Assembly: GCA_046760905.1 (NCBI GenBank)
Contig: JBHIFB010000001.1
Coordinates: 38,064 to 102,063, forward strand
Length of the DNA: 64,000 nt
From: Candidatus Glassbacteria bacterium
GTDB lineage: Bacteria > Gemmatimonadota > CAZMKB01
Direction of reading: 5' to 3'
Shown in pieces: positions 42,031-52,102 of this stretch (position 1 is the stretch's first letter; each line of letters starts with the position of its first letter). The position numbers were made by a program, and so were the translations under genes. The notes under the pieces are model-generated. The model was given only the letters and a program-made list of their open reading frames with translations, ran no database searches and was not told the DNA's origin.

Positions 42031-43506
42031 ATGAAACAGATTTTCTATTTCACAATTATGATTTTCAATGTCATCTTTGTCCTTCCCGGTCAACTGACGG
42101 ATGGAAGGTTCCAGGGAGAAATTGGGAAACAGGAGCTGATAAGGCAACAGAATCCAGGGAGCAGAGCAATTATCAATTATGCGGGTAACAGGCCTCAATA
42201 CACTCCGGGTGCTCGTATTAAGGGTGGGACAGGTTCGAGTGGTATAGAGAAAGACGAATTTGGTGGATTGAAAATCTCAAAGTTTGAGGCGACGGGATTT
42301 TTCCGGCTAGAGAAATTAGATGGAAGGTGGTTTCTAGTGACACCTCAGGGCCATCCCTTTTATATAGTTGCTATAGATGGTGTAACACCATGGTATAAGG
42401 ACTACAAGAATACATCCTTTGAAACGAGATATAAGAAGAGATTCATATTATGGGCCAATATCGCCGTTGATAGAATCAGTTGGTTGGGGTTTAATACATT
42501 AGCGCATAAAACCGCCGAACAATGCATAGAGCAAATGGTAAACGGTAACGTCTGGAAAATCCCGTTCACAGTATTGGTGCCATTTGTGGAGAAGAAGACT
42601 TTTCCTGATGTTTTTTCTGAAGATTTTAGAAACCTAGTAGACCGTAAAGCGAAAGAATATTGTGAGCCATTGAAGGAGGAGTCCTATCTCGTGGGATATT
42701 TTCTCGGTAATGAACTCGATCTTAACCTTTACCGCCGTGGAGAAATAGACTGGCGAACCAGGTGGGTGAGGGCTCTTCTGAGTCAGGAACCTGACACACC
42801 GGCCAGAAGACAGTTTGCAGCTCTGCTTGAGAAAAAATTCCATACTATCGATGAACTCACCGAGGAGTTCGGTGAATTAAAACCGCGCTTTAGCTCCTTT
42901 GATGAGATAGGATTCAATCAAATATGGCCTGCTTTCAAGAAGGGGATCCCGCAAGCTGTTGAAATCGTGAAAGCCTACAATGCTCAAATAGCCGAAAGGT
43001 TCTACAAGCTGACCAGTGAAGCAATAAAAAGATATGATGGTAATCATCTCATCCTGGGATCGAGGTTTGCCAACGACGCAGAGATAGAAGTGTTGAACTC
43101 GACCAGAGATTATACCGATGTCGTCTCCTTTAACAAATATCCTTTAAAAGGACGGTTGCCGGTCTCTCTCTATGAGAAGATGTATGGCAATACAGAGAAG
43201 CCTCTATTTCACACAGAGTTTTCATATCTCGAAGAGGGCAGGGATGGGAATTATCCACCCGCACCGGACCAGGAGACCCGTGGGCTGTATTATACTAAGT
43301 TGGTGAGGGCAATGGTTGAAGTCGATGAAGTAGTGGGGTACGGTTGGCATGAGATGTTCGATCCAAAATATGGATCGAATTTCGGCCTTTTCGATGTACA
43401 TGATGAATTATACTATGATGCGGCGAAGCATATAATGGAGGCAAATCGACTTGTTGAGAGAAGATTCGCTGAGATAATTGCAAAGAAGATCAATGGGAGG
43501 AAGTGA
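42031..43506 (+). CDS. putative clan GH-A (TIM-barrel) glycoside hydrolase, secreted
   Basis: Signal peptide. Candidate acid/base motif LGNELD and nucleophile motif HTEFSY with appropriate spacing for GH-A enzymes. Confidence 0.45.
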   Translation: MKQIFYFTIMIFNVIFVLPGQLTDGRFQGEIGKQELIRQQNPGSRAIINYAGNRPQYTPGARIKGGTGSSGIEKDEFGGLKISKFEATGFFRLEKLDGRWFLVTPQGHPFYIVAIDGVTPWYKDYKNTSFETRYKKRFILWANIAVDRISWLGFNTLAHKTAEQCIEQMVNGNVWKIPFTVLVPFVEKKTFPDVFSEDFRNLVDRKAKEYCEPLKEESYLVGYFLGNELDLNLYRRGEIDWRTRWVRALLSQEPDTPARRQFAALLEKKFHTIDELTEEFGELKPRFSSFDEIGFNQIWPAFKKGIPQAVEIVKAYNAQIAERFYKLTSEAIKRYDGNHLILGSRFANDAEIEVLNSTRDYTDVVSFNKYPLKGRLPVSLYEKMYGNTEKPLFHTEFSYLEEGRDGNYPPAPDQETRGLYYTKLVRAMVEVDEVVGYGWHEMFDPKYGSNFGLFDVHDELYYDAAKHIMEANRLVERRFAEIIAKKINGRK

Positions 43507-43614
43507 TGTCACATGATGCCTGAGGAATACCTGAACCGGCTCAGTTGACAAGCCCTCTCGTTCATGCTATCATCATATCACCTTCCGCGACATCCTGTGA
43601 TAAGGAAGAACTTC

Positions 43615-45042
43615 ATGAAACCGTGCTTTTACATCATGCGGGCGACCAGGTGGATGCGGTTGTGTTCCATCCTGATAATGATTTCGCTCATTTATTGTGC
43701 CGGGCGGAAGAAGCCCCCAAACGTGGTCCTAATAATGGTCGATACCTTGAGAGCGGATCACCTGTCATGTTTGGGGTCGAAAGAGCTGCTAACACCAAAC
43801 ATTGATTCCATCGCAGAAGAGGGATTCCTGTTCACGAATGTCCACGCGACAGCACCAACCACACTCGCTTCGACGAGCTCACTCATGACATCTCTTTATC
43901 CAAGAATGCATGGAGCAGCATGCAATGGCCTCCAGCTTCACAGTTCTCTCCGTACTCTGCCTGAAGAATTAAGGAGCAAAGGTTATACAACCGCTGCGTT
44001 CGTTTCATCTTTTGCTCTCCACTCGAGCACGGGGATCGACCAGGGTTTTACCTACTTCGATGAAGCATTCGACAAGACATTTGGCAGTCCCGAAATTCAG
44101 AGAAGAGCAGGTGATGTCAATAGTGCAATCTACGGCTGGTTATCAAGGAGACCTTCTGAGCCCTTCTTCCTATTCGTGCACTACTTCGACCCGCATCCTC
44201 CGTATACACCACCCCCACTGTTCCGTGGGACTGGAAGCGAGGACACTGGAACAGAGATCACCGGATCATGGGAAGATCTGGTCGAGCTCAAATACTATCT
44301 GAGCGAGGGAGGAGAAGTGGACGCCCGGCTCGAGCGAATGCACCGTCTTTACATGGGAGAAGTGAAATATACAGACCATGAAATAGGAAAACTGATGGAC
44401 ATGCTCGAAGAGAGTGGCTTCCTTGAGAACTCACTTATAGTCTTCACGGCTGATCATGGAGAGACATTTTGGGAGCATATGGAGATGGGTGAATACCTGG
44501 ATCACGGATACATGGTGTATGAGACGACGACACACATTCCCCTTATCATAAAATGGTCGGGGAAGGTGCCAGAAGGTGTGAGTGATATGATGGCGAGCAA
44601 CATCGATATCGCCCCAACCATTATAGATCTGCTCGGATTTACCGTACCGAAAGGTTTTGCAGGAAGAAGCCTCGTGAGAGTAATGGAGGGACGGATGACA
44701 GAGGATGTGCCGGTATTTTCCGAAGCCACTAAGCCACACGGCGAAATAGAGTTGGAAACTGCTTTCAAGAACGACCGAAAAGCGAAATGTGTTTATATGG
44801 GCGGCTGGAAATTCATATGGGTACCGCACCTAAATGACCAAGAAGAACTGTACAACCTCACCCTGGACCGATCGGAGTTGAGAAACCTTCTAAAGGAGAG
44901 TGTGCACTCAGATAAGGTAAAGGCTATGAGATGGGCACTACGACAGTGGACACTGGAGGTTTCCAAAGTTGCGCTAGGTCGAAGCTATGAAATGGATGAA
45001 GAGACGCGGGAGAAACTCAAGACGCTCGGCTATGTTCAGTGA
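43615..45042 (+). CDS. sulfatase-like hydrolase/transferase (alkaline phosphatase superfamily), membrane-anchored
   Basis: VVLIMVDTLRADHLSCLG metal-binding N-terminal motif, one N-terminal transmembrane helix. No CxPxR formylglycine motif was seen. RBS AAGGA before the ATG at 43615. Confidence 0.7.
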   Translation: MKPCFYIMRATRWMRLCSILIMISLIYCAGRKKPPNVVLIMVDTLRADHLSCLGSKELLTPNIDSIAEEGFLFTNVHATAPTTLASTSSLMTSLYPRMHGAACNGLQLHSSLRTLPEELRSKGYTTAAFVSSFALHSSTGIDQGFTYFDEAFDKTFGSPEIQRRAGDVNSAIYGWLSRRPSEPFFLFVHYFDPHPPYTPPPLFRGTGSEDTGTEITGSWEDLVELKYYLSEGGEVDARLERMHRLYMGEVKYTDHEIGKLMDMLEESGFLENSLIVFTADHGETFWEHMEMGEYLDHGYMVYETTTHIPLIIKWSGKVPEGVSDMMASNIDIAPTIIDLLGFTVPKGFAGRSLVRVMEGRMTEDVPVFSEATKPHGEIELETAFKNDRKAKCVYMGGWKFIWVPHLNDQEELYNLTLDRSELRNLLKESVHSDKVKAMRWALRQWTLEVSKVALGRSYEMDEETREKLKTLGYVQ

Positions 45043-45259
45043 GGCATTGATAAATACGTTGAGAATAGTGATGCAGTGACCTCCCTAATAGGAATCTCAG
45101 GTGAACTCATACACACCGCTCGAGTAGTAGAAGAAATCCGTATAAACCTCTTCTGATCTGCCCCCCCGGATGGACCTGTGTGTCCTGTAAGGGAAATTCA
45201 ACCGGTGGGCTCTGCCTTTGAAGGCTGTCCTTGAGGGAGAGTGGTAGGAATTCAGCAGT

Positions 45260-45309
45260 GAAAATTGAGTTGTCATTCGACAGGCAACTTTTCTATTATA
45301 TTTTTTAAG
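45260..45309. terminator. imperfect hairpin plus T-tract between convergent genes (candidate bidirectional terminator)
   Basis: GAAAATTGAGTTGTC...GACAGGCAACTTTTC followed by TTTTCTATTATATTTTTT. It overlaps the 3' end of the minus-strand gene. Confidence 0.25.
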
Positions 45310-46799
45310 ATCGATTCATCTATTCGTACCATACGGTATATTCCGCCACGTTTCGGCTTCTCATCAATCGATTCGGGTTTCTTGAAGTCGGGATTGTAGA
45401 AACTCCACACAACCTGTCCATCAGTCGTTACTTCGAATACACGACCTTTGTTTGTTTCTGTAATCAATACGTTCCCATTTCCTAATTTCTGGCAGCCTCC
45501 TCTGGATTTCGAGAAAAAGGAGTTCGATGGATTCCCTTTATATGTCCAAACAATGCTCTTTTGCTCCGGGTCCACCTCGACGATTCGAGAAAAGCGTCTT
45601 TCTGCGCCATTGTCAAAGACAATGATATTTCCGTTTGGAAGAACAGAGGGTTGATGAGGTTTGTCAAGATCCTTCATTCCCCAACTCCATACAACCTCTT
45701 CTATATCGGGATCGATTACCGCTATTAGATTCAGTTCCCTGATGCATATTAGCATATCCCCCTGCTTCCAAAACCCTTTCCGGGCTGTTTCAATGACTTC
45801 TATTGTGTTCGAATGAAGAACATCTGCCGGGCTCAAATGTAATATTGCAATCTTGATCGCATCATCCTCTCTGGAATTACCGCTGACTATTTCCCTGTAC
45901 AGTTTTTTGTGCAGTTTAAACAGCTTCCTCAATTTTTGTTTCCGCCCTTTTCTCAACCTGCCCTTAACGAATGTCAACATGTTCCTCAGGGATTTAATAA
46001 GCGATTTTTCCGGCTTCTCTTCTTGTAGATCTACATCATTCTCTGGAAAGTTTTTTTGGATGATTTTCCACAGTTCTCTTTCTAATTCTTCGTTCTTTTT
46101 CAAAACTTCAATAATTGATATGCGACGTTTTACTTTACCATCCTGCGATAGGATTACAATATGATTATCCAACACCTGAAGCTTTCGACCGGAATGGTTA
46201 ACAGTCACAGGCACATCGACTATCGTGTATATATCGCCATTTTCCGAGATAGAAATATCGTGATGAGCGGATATTTCGGCTTTCCATTTTACATTCGAAT
46301 ACCAATCCAATTTAAGCAGCATGTGGTGGGAGCCGATCACGAACAAATTGCCATTCTTATCCATCTCGATATGATTCCAGCCCTCGTAATGTCGTGGAGT
46401 CGCCTTGTCGAAACGTTCTATAACTTTCTGCTTGGCCGATCCCGCTTCATCTGAAGACCAGGTGTGGACAACCCGACCATCCATTGTTATCAAATGCGCT
46501 TCTGTTCGTGCCCTTGAATTGTAGAGGTTGAGGCCCTGATAAGATAATTCAGGGATATATTCGGTGACACCGGCACTTCCTGAATCCTTTTCGTCGACCG
46601 GGACCCAGTTGACATATCCAAGGTTTTCTAGCTCCTCAAGCTGATCCTCCGATAAACCGCTCTTTCTTTCAACCGCTGTGTCTTTCTTCTTTGTAATAGA
46701 TTCCTGCTTCTCACCGCAGGCCGCTGACAAGAGAGAGAATATTATGAGATTGGCGAGAACCAACCATTTACTTATGCCCGAAGAACTTATTTCTTCCAC
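45273..46799 (-). CDS. secreted/lipoprotein beta-propeller protein, arylsulfotransferase (ASST)-like
   Basis: Lipoprotein-type signal (LLSAAC). Repeated propeller-like blades (NGNLFVIGSHHMLLKLD, DHIVILSQDGKV). The family assignment is tentative. Confidence 0.4.
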   Translation of the reverse strand: MEEISSSGISKWLVLANLIIFSLLSAACGEKQESITKKKDTAVERKSGLSEDQLEELENLGYVNWVPVDEKDSGSAGVTEYIPELSYQGLNLYNSRARTEAHLITMDGRVVHTWSSDEAGSAKQKVIERFDKATPRHYEGWNHIEMDKNGNLFVIGSHHMLLKLDWYSNVKWKAEISAHHDISISENGDIYTIVDVPVTVNHSGRKLQVLDNHIVILSQDGKVKRRISIIEVLKKNEELERELWKIIQKNFPENDVDLQEEKPEKSLIKSLRNMLTFVKGRLRKGRKQKLRKLFKLHKKLYREIVSGNSREDDAIKIAILHLSPADVLHSNTIEVIETARKGFWKQGDMLICIRELNLIAVIDPDIEEVVWSWGMKDLDKPHQPSVLPNGNIIVFDNGAERRFSRIVEVDPEQKSIVWTYKGNPSNSFFSKSRGGCQKLGNGNVLITETNKGRVFEVTTDGQVVWSFYNPDFKKPESIDEKPKRGGIYRMVRIDESILKNIIEKLPVE

Positions 46800-47293
46800 T
46801 CAGCTATCCTTCCACATCGCACTCATACTTCCACATAACCGGTAAGCTTTCTCCTGAAAAGTCAAACCTGATGGGAGTTCTCACCGGGATGAGTCCCGAT
46901 GCAGGGCCTTCTTTAATATGGGCGGTAAATCAATCTGCTATTATCAGACATAATTATACTGGATCAAGGGTAGCAAATCAACCGCAACGAATGGCGAGTA
47001 TCCTTATTTTCAAGGATCAGTGGGGCGTTCCTCTTGTGAGTCTGACGGATTGGGTATCGATAAACCGAAATCCCAGGCGAGGGGCACGCTGCTTTGATCA
47101 ACCAACCGTGATGTTATAGTGGGCGTTTAGTTGGAAGGGTGTGAATAACGACAGATTGAAGTTTATTTAAAAAGATTTATACTAATTATCATCTGTCTTT
47201 TGGTGAGGCGCTGGATATGATGGACATGATAATAAATGCTGGCAAAGGCCCAGGAGCCTCTAATGATATAGAATTGGAGGGAATCAAGCCTCG

Positions 47294-48271
47294 ATGAAAG
47301 TCCCAAAGATCATGGATATACCATACAAGTATGTGCGTAAACGCATCCCGCCAGGTCTTTATATCAAACTGCAATCCTCAATCGGGCGCAGAAAAGCATA
47401 TTATTCTTCAGATTATTATCTTAATATCGCCGCGAGATATGAGAAGAACATACCGATTCGTAACAAAACCATATTGGAAATCGGACCCGGTAACGAGATC
47501 GCTGTGGCTATATTGATGGTGCTTCTCGGTGCCAGAGAGGTATACCTTGTGGATAAGATAAGCGGTAATCCCTTTGCTTCACACGGAAGTAGCAACGATG
47601 AGGAATACGCCGAGAAATATTTGAGGATATTCCAGCAGAGCGAACAATTCCATGATCGAGAGCCGGCCGTCTCTCTCCCGGGGGATATTCTGGCAAAAAT
47701 TCATCAGATCGATTCGTTTTTCACCGCCCCTGAACTGCCTGAGTTAATGAGGGATGTAAAGGCGGATTGTATCGTCTCTAACTTCGTTCTCGAACATATC
47801 AATGATCTGGAAACAGTATTCATCAATATGAACCGGATACTGCGTGATGATGGTGTAATCTACCACCAGGTTGATCTGTCAGACCATACCTATCACGTAT
47901 TCACGAAGTACAAATCCACCATCCCATTGTTCACGGATAACATTCTGCTGCATCTTGAATACTCTGATAGTACCTGGTCGCTCCTGGACGATCACAAATG
48001 CATACCGATGAACAGGCGGACGCTACCATGCTACCTGGATCTGTGTGATAAATACGGATTCCGCGTGGATCGTTTAAAAACAACGCTTGTGGATAAAAGT
48101 TTCCACGTACACCGTGATGTTGTGAATTCGATCGCTCCCAGGTATCGAACGCCGGAGTTCCTGAATCTCTCATCCTTCGAGCTCAGGGCGGTTAGGGATA
48201 AACCTGGTAAAGATAGTCACGGAGCCTCTGCCGATGCTACGGTCAGTGAGGGGAAGGAAACGAATGTCTGA
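47294..48271 (+). CDS. class I SAM-dependent methyltransferase
   Basis: Motif I ILEIGPGNE and an acidic motif II (VYLVDK). Confidence 0.7.
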   Translation: MKVPKIMDIPYKYVRKRIPPGLYIKLQSSIGRRKAYYSSDYYLNIAARYEKNIPIRNKTILEIGPGNEIAVAILMVLLGAREVYLVDKISGNPFASHGSSNDEEYAEKYLRIFQQSEQFHDREPAVSLPGDILAKIHQIDSFFTAPELPELMRDVKADCIVSNFVLEHINDLETVFINMNRILRDDGVIYHQVDLSDHTYHVFTKYKSTIPLFTDNILLHLEYSDSTWSLLDDHKCIPMNRRTLPCYLDLCDKYGFRVDRLKTTLVDKSFHVHRDVVNSIAPRYRTPEFLNLSSFELRAVRDKPGKDSHGASADATVSEGKETNV

Positions 48272-48287
48272 TGCAATACAGAAATAT

Positions 48288-50195
48288 TTACCGGATGTAA
48301 CCGAGGGCCTTTAGCCTTTCTTTGATTTCGGCATCAGCATCCGAGGAAATCGCCACCGGTATCATCTTTTCTCCGGTCTCATACGTATCAATGTATCTTA
48401 CCGGATGTCTCTCCAGGAAACCTTCCTCGATCACCTCGGTGAGAGGGCGCCCATCCATATCGAGGGCGACCGGCAGTCCAAATAGTGTGAGTATTGTGGG
48501 AGTTATGTCGAATATGGAAGCGCCGCTCAAGCTCACTCCCCTTTTGATGTTCTCGCCTGCAAGTATTATGATTCCTTTGCGCCTGTGTTTACCCGAGTAG
48601 CTTGTACCGGCAAGGTCAAGTTCACTGCTCCCTTCCTCCTCCCAAGCACCGAACCCATGATCTGAGAGGATGAGGTAAGTGACATCGAGGGAATTAACGG
48701 CGATGTGCTTTCCCACGACATCATCAAGGAAAGAATAGTATTTCCGGATAATATCACCGAAAAGCCTTATATCCTCCTTTCTCACACCATCGAAATGGGT
48801 GGGATCCATGTACTTCCAGAACAAATGTGACGCGAAGTCGGGTCCCCAGAAGTAAGTGATATACAAAGAGGTCGGGTGATTTTCCAGCATGTAGACGCTC
48901 AATTCCGCCATGTAGTTATCTCTTTTGAAGTGACGCCTGAAGGAGTTGAAATTCTCTTTCACTCCGCTTGTGGCAATGATCGAGAAGATGCTGTCGCGTT
49001 CGAGGTCTTTCCATGGGCTGAGGAAAAGCGAGATGGCTTTCTCATCTGTGAAGAATGCATGCTTTGGATACTGTTTCAGTAAATCTGGTGGATATACCGA
49101 CATTTCCGTGGCCCACTGGATTCTGCTCGTGATTACATAACCCCTTTCGATTGGCTCAGCAGGCCACAAACTCCACAGGCCCACTACTCCCACATCGAGC
49201 CCTGACTTGCTTATAATTTCCCAGCTCCTTGTGCATTTTCTCACGGTGCTGGTCGTAGGAATCGTCTCAACCACGTTTTCAACGACTGGAAGTCTAAAAG
49301 GAAGAACAGACTTCATAAGAGGCAATCTCATGACCGCGAAATCGAAGATCCCATGCTTTTTCTCCTTCTTCCCGGTAAATATGGATTCCCATATCGCCGG
49401 GGTTCTCATACCCATCCCCGCACTATTCGTAAAAGCCTTAAGCGTGGAAACATTCGAGAGCAGAGGGCCATACGACCCATTATCCATCAGGAATTTTATA
49501 TTCGGGAGTTTTCCTCTTTCTATCATCCCATCCATGATGTCCCAGGTAGCACCGTCGAGACAGATGATCACGAGCCGGGAACCGGTTTCTTCACGCAGGA
49601 GGGTGGGAGGGGTCGACCCATCAGCGCTGCCGGGGCCACTTATTTGTGAAACGTAAAATGCAACGGCTGATAGAAGGAGAGGAGCACACAGGATGAGGAT
49701 GATATAACGGGCAGCTTGTTTCTTGTTCGATCTACTGAAGGCTCTCTTTATTTTCAGTGGGATGTCCTTTAACGAGATTCCTACGCCGAGGCATATCGCA
49801 CATAAGATAAAAAGCACAGGCAAAAACCACCGGCTCCTGAAGTCGAATGGTCTGTCAATGAGCATCCATAAGAGCATCAGAATCGATAAGAAGACGGGAA
49901 CCGAAAAAGCAATCGTATAGATGGCAAGAGGCTCGAGGAGTCTCCCTCTTCTTCTCAGGATTGAATCGATACCTGCGACAGGAAGCCAGAGTATTACGCC
50001 CAGGAGGGCGAGAGAGACAAGTGAGAGCAAAAGCACATACAGCTGTAGTATCAAAGTGTCGCGAAGCAGGACCGGCATGCCAACTATGAAGGACAAGCCA
50101 TAGAAAATAACAAGGGAATACGGAATACTGAATCCCAAACCGCAGAGGACAGAGCTTCTACAATATGTCGCCAAAGGGATCTTCGAATCATTCAT
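48288..50195 (-). CDS. membrane-anchored alkaline-phosphatase-superfamily enzyme (type I phosphodiesterase/nucleotide pyrophosphatase-like)
   Basis: About 190-aa polytopic N-terminus, then VIICLDGATWDIM metal-site motif and a C-terminal LSDHGF. 635 aa. Confidence 0.65.
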   Translation of the reverse strand: MNDSKIPLATYCRSSVLCGLGFSIPYSLVIFYGLSFIVGMPVLLRDTLILQLYVLLLSLVSLALLGVILWLPVAGIDSILRRRGRLLEPLAIYTIAFSVPVFLSILMLLWMLIDRPFDFRSRWFLPVLFILCAICLGVGISLKDIPLKIKRAFSRSNKKQAARYIILILCAPLLLSAVAFYVSQISGPGSADGSTPPTLLREETGSRLVIICLDGATWDIMDGMIERGKLPNIKFLMDNGSYGPLLSNVSTLKAFTNSAGMGMRTPAIWESIFTGKKEKKHGIFDFAVMRLPLMKSVLPFRLPVVENVVETIPTTSTVRKCTRSWEIISKSGLDVGVVGLWSLWPAEPIERGYVITSRIQWATEMSVYPPDLLKQYPKHAFFTDEKAISLFLSPWKDLERDSIFSIIATSGVKENFNSFRRHFKRDNYMAELSVYMLENHPTSLYITYFWGPDFASHLFWKYMDPTHFDGVRKEDIRLFGDIIRKYYSFLDDVVGKHIAVNSLDVTYLILSDHGFGAWEEEGSSELDLAGTSYSGKHRRKGIIILAGENIKRGVSLSGASIFDITPTILTLFGLPVALDMDGRPLTEVIEEGFLERHPVRYIDTYETGEKMIPVAISSDADAEIKERLKALGYIR

Positions 50196-51394
50196 AAATT
50201 CCCCATCCCCTTTATCGGTATACCACGAGTCTTAGCATATTCCTCGATAATCTCGACTGTCTTCCTCGCGCGCACATCCCAGGTGTTCGCCCTTGCTACC
50301 CTCAAGCGCTCCTCGATTTTATCCTCTCCCTCAGCAAGTGCCTTTTCCAGTGCTTCGATAAAATCCTCTGTCCCTTCACAGAGGTATAGAACGTTCTGAT
50401 AATCGGCAAGTGCCGGAATGTAAATTGACACCACGGCTTTCCCACCGGCAAGGTGCTCAAATGTTTTTGTCGGGAATGCGTATTTGCTCCAATCTCCCTG
50501 ACGGTAAGGCATATAACAGACATCAAGGCCTTTCGTGTATGCCGGTAATTCTGCGAGTGTCTTCTTCCCGAGAAAATGTACGTTACCGATACCTTTCACA
50601 TGGGAAGGTACTGGAGTGAAGTGAGGACCAATTAAAACCTGATGCCAGTGTGGTCTTCGCTTTGAAATTTCTAAAATAAGCTCCCAGTCCATTCGGAGAT
50701 TGTCGATGTTGCCGATGAAGCCTATACGGGGGTGGGGAATCGAGTCGAGATCCTCAGGAATCACTGCATCCGGGCTCAACGCTTGCTCGAAAAGTCCGGT
50801 ATCGACTCCCGGTGGAAAGAGATAGGTTCTTGGATGGATTTTGCTCTTCGCTTCGTAGAGCGTTTTCGTGGTCGTGAAAACTATGTCTGCTTTCTCTATG
50901 AATTCCCTCTCGAGACGGCTGAGTCCCAGTTTTCTCCTCTTCGGAATCACGAAAGCAGAAACCTCGTCATGGCAGCCATAAATGACTAACTTACTACCGA
51001 GTCGGGGCGAAGGGGAGATCATAAACGGTGCGTACACCCAGAGAATCGGTTCTTCGAATCCAATTTTCTGGAAGACCTTTCGTAACGACCGTTCTATCCT
51101 CTTCCTGTTGAACCTGTCGTTCGCCCCTAAGATCCCGTACTGGAGTAAAAGCGGTGGCGGAGTGTAAAGATACATGTTTTCGTCGATTGTTTGAATGCCG
51201 GCTCTCCAGTTCTTCCACTGCTTCTTGAGATTCGGGATAAGCGAAGGGTGGAGAAGGAACGTGGCTAGTGAGAATGGGGGGTCCACGAATAAGACTCTGT
51301 TCTCCCTCTTCAGTTTGTTCATCATGTGATGCATTAAAAGGGGTACGAAATCATACGTCACCCATGAAAGGCATACGATGTTCTCACCCTTCAT
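50192..51394 (-). CDS. glycosyltransferase (GT-B, family 1/4-like)
   Basis: GT-B C-terminal half with a conserved E...E-like region. Overlaps the downstream gene by 4 nt. Family assignment is moderate. Confidence 0.55.
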   Translation of the reverse strand: MKGENIVCLSWVTYDFVPLLMHHMMNKLKRENRVLFVDPPFSLATFLLHPSLIPNLKKQWKNWRAGIQTIDENMYLYTPPPLLLQYGILGANDRFNRKRIERSLRKVFQKIGFEEPILWVYAPFMISPSPRLGSKLVIYGCHDEVSAFVIPKRRKLGLSRLEREFIEKADIVFTTTKTLYEAKSKIHPRTYLFPPGVDTGLFEQALSPDAVIPEDLDSIPHPRIGFIGNIDNLRMDWELILEISKRRPHWHQVLIGPHFTPVPSHVKGIGNVHFLGKKTLAELPAYTKGLDVCYMPYRQGDWSKYAFPTKTFEHLAGGKAVVSIYIPALADYQNVLYLCEGTEDFIEALEKALAEGEDKIEERLRVARANTWDVRARKTVEIIEEYAKTRGIPIKGMGNL

Positions 51395-51571
51395 TTAAAT
51401 CTCCTCGATGTCAATTTCGCTAACTTCACGGAAAAGCTCAGCAATCATCAGAAGTCAAGTATATGAAAAATGAGCAATTATAGCAAGGACCGCAATCTCA
51501 TGCGATGTGCCTGATCCCTTCATGTTCATACATCCTGTCCAAATGAGGCATGATTCATACGGTTGGTGTTG

Positions 51572-51856
51572 CTATACTGGAAAGAAGAAAGCTCTTATAA
51601 GCAGGATGAGAAGGTATGCCCCTACGAAGCCCAGAACCAACAACACTATTGAATCCTGTAAGAAACCCTTATGTTCCTTTCTCAATTCCTCGATGAAATC
51701 GTACTTCTTATCGGGTGAGATCCATCTACCATTATAGAGAAGTTCACCTCTATCCTTTCTGACTTTATATTCGTCAAGGAGCATATCGACAAGCTTGCGC
51801 CGTATGTTCTTCTGGTATGCATCTCCCACACTGTCAGGCGTATTTCTGGGCATCAT
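51572..51856 (-). CDS. small C-terminally membrane-anchored hypothetical protein
   Basis: 94 aa with a charged N-terminus and a C-terminal transmembrane helix (IVLLVLGFVGAYLLILLI). Same strand as the locus. Confidence 0.3.
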   Translation of the reverse strand: MMPRNTPDSVGDAYQKNIRRKLVDMLLDEYKVRKDRGELLYNGRWISPDKKYDFIEELRKEHKGFLQDSIVLLVLGFVGAYLLILLIRAFFFPV

Positions 51857-51867
51857 CGAGAAGTCCT

Positions 51868-52101
51868 CTATGAAAAGATTTTCATGACGAGAAGCACTAT
51901 TAGTATTGAGATTATCCCGGTATATGTTCCAATCATCACCTCGAAGACCACCCTCAGAACAGGTATTCTCTTCAGGAATGGGGACTCCTCTTCCAGAATA
52001 AGATCCATCTCAGCGCTTCTCATCCTTGCGATGGCTTTACTGAGCCGTACCTTTTCTTCCATCAATATCCGGGATTTTTCTTCCCCTGGTAGTTCCTGCA
52101 T
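51868..52101 (-). CDS. small C-terminally membrane-anchored hypothetical protein
   Basis: 77 aa with a C-terminal transmembrane helix (GIISILIVLLVMKIF). Its start is 2 nt from the stop of the upstream Wzz-like gene. Confidence 0.3.
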   Translation of the reverse strand: MQELPGEEKSRILMEEKVRLSKAIARMRSAEMDLILEEESPFLKRIPVLRVVFEVMIGTYTGIISILIVLLVMKIFS

Positions 52102-52102
52102 C

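Noticed and set aside
46871-47119. 82-aa ORF in the long spacer
   Set aside because: No RBS, odd composition and no homology-like motifs. It is treated as non-coding, though the spacer is flagged separately.
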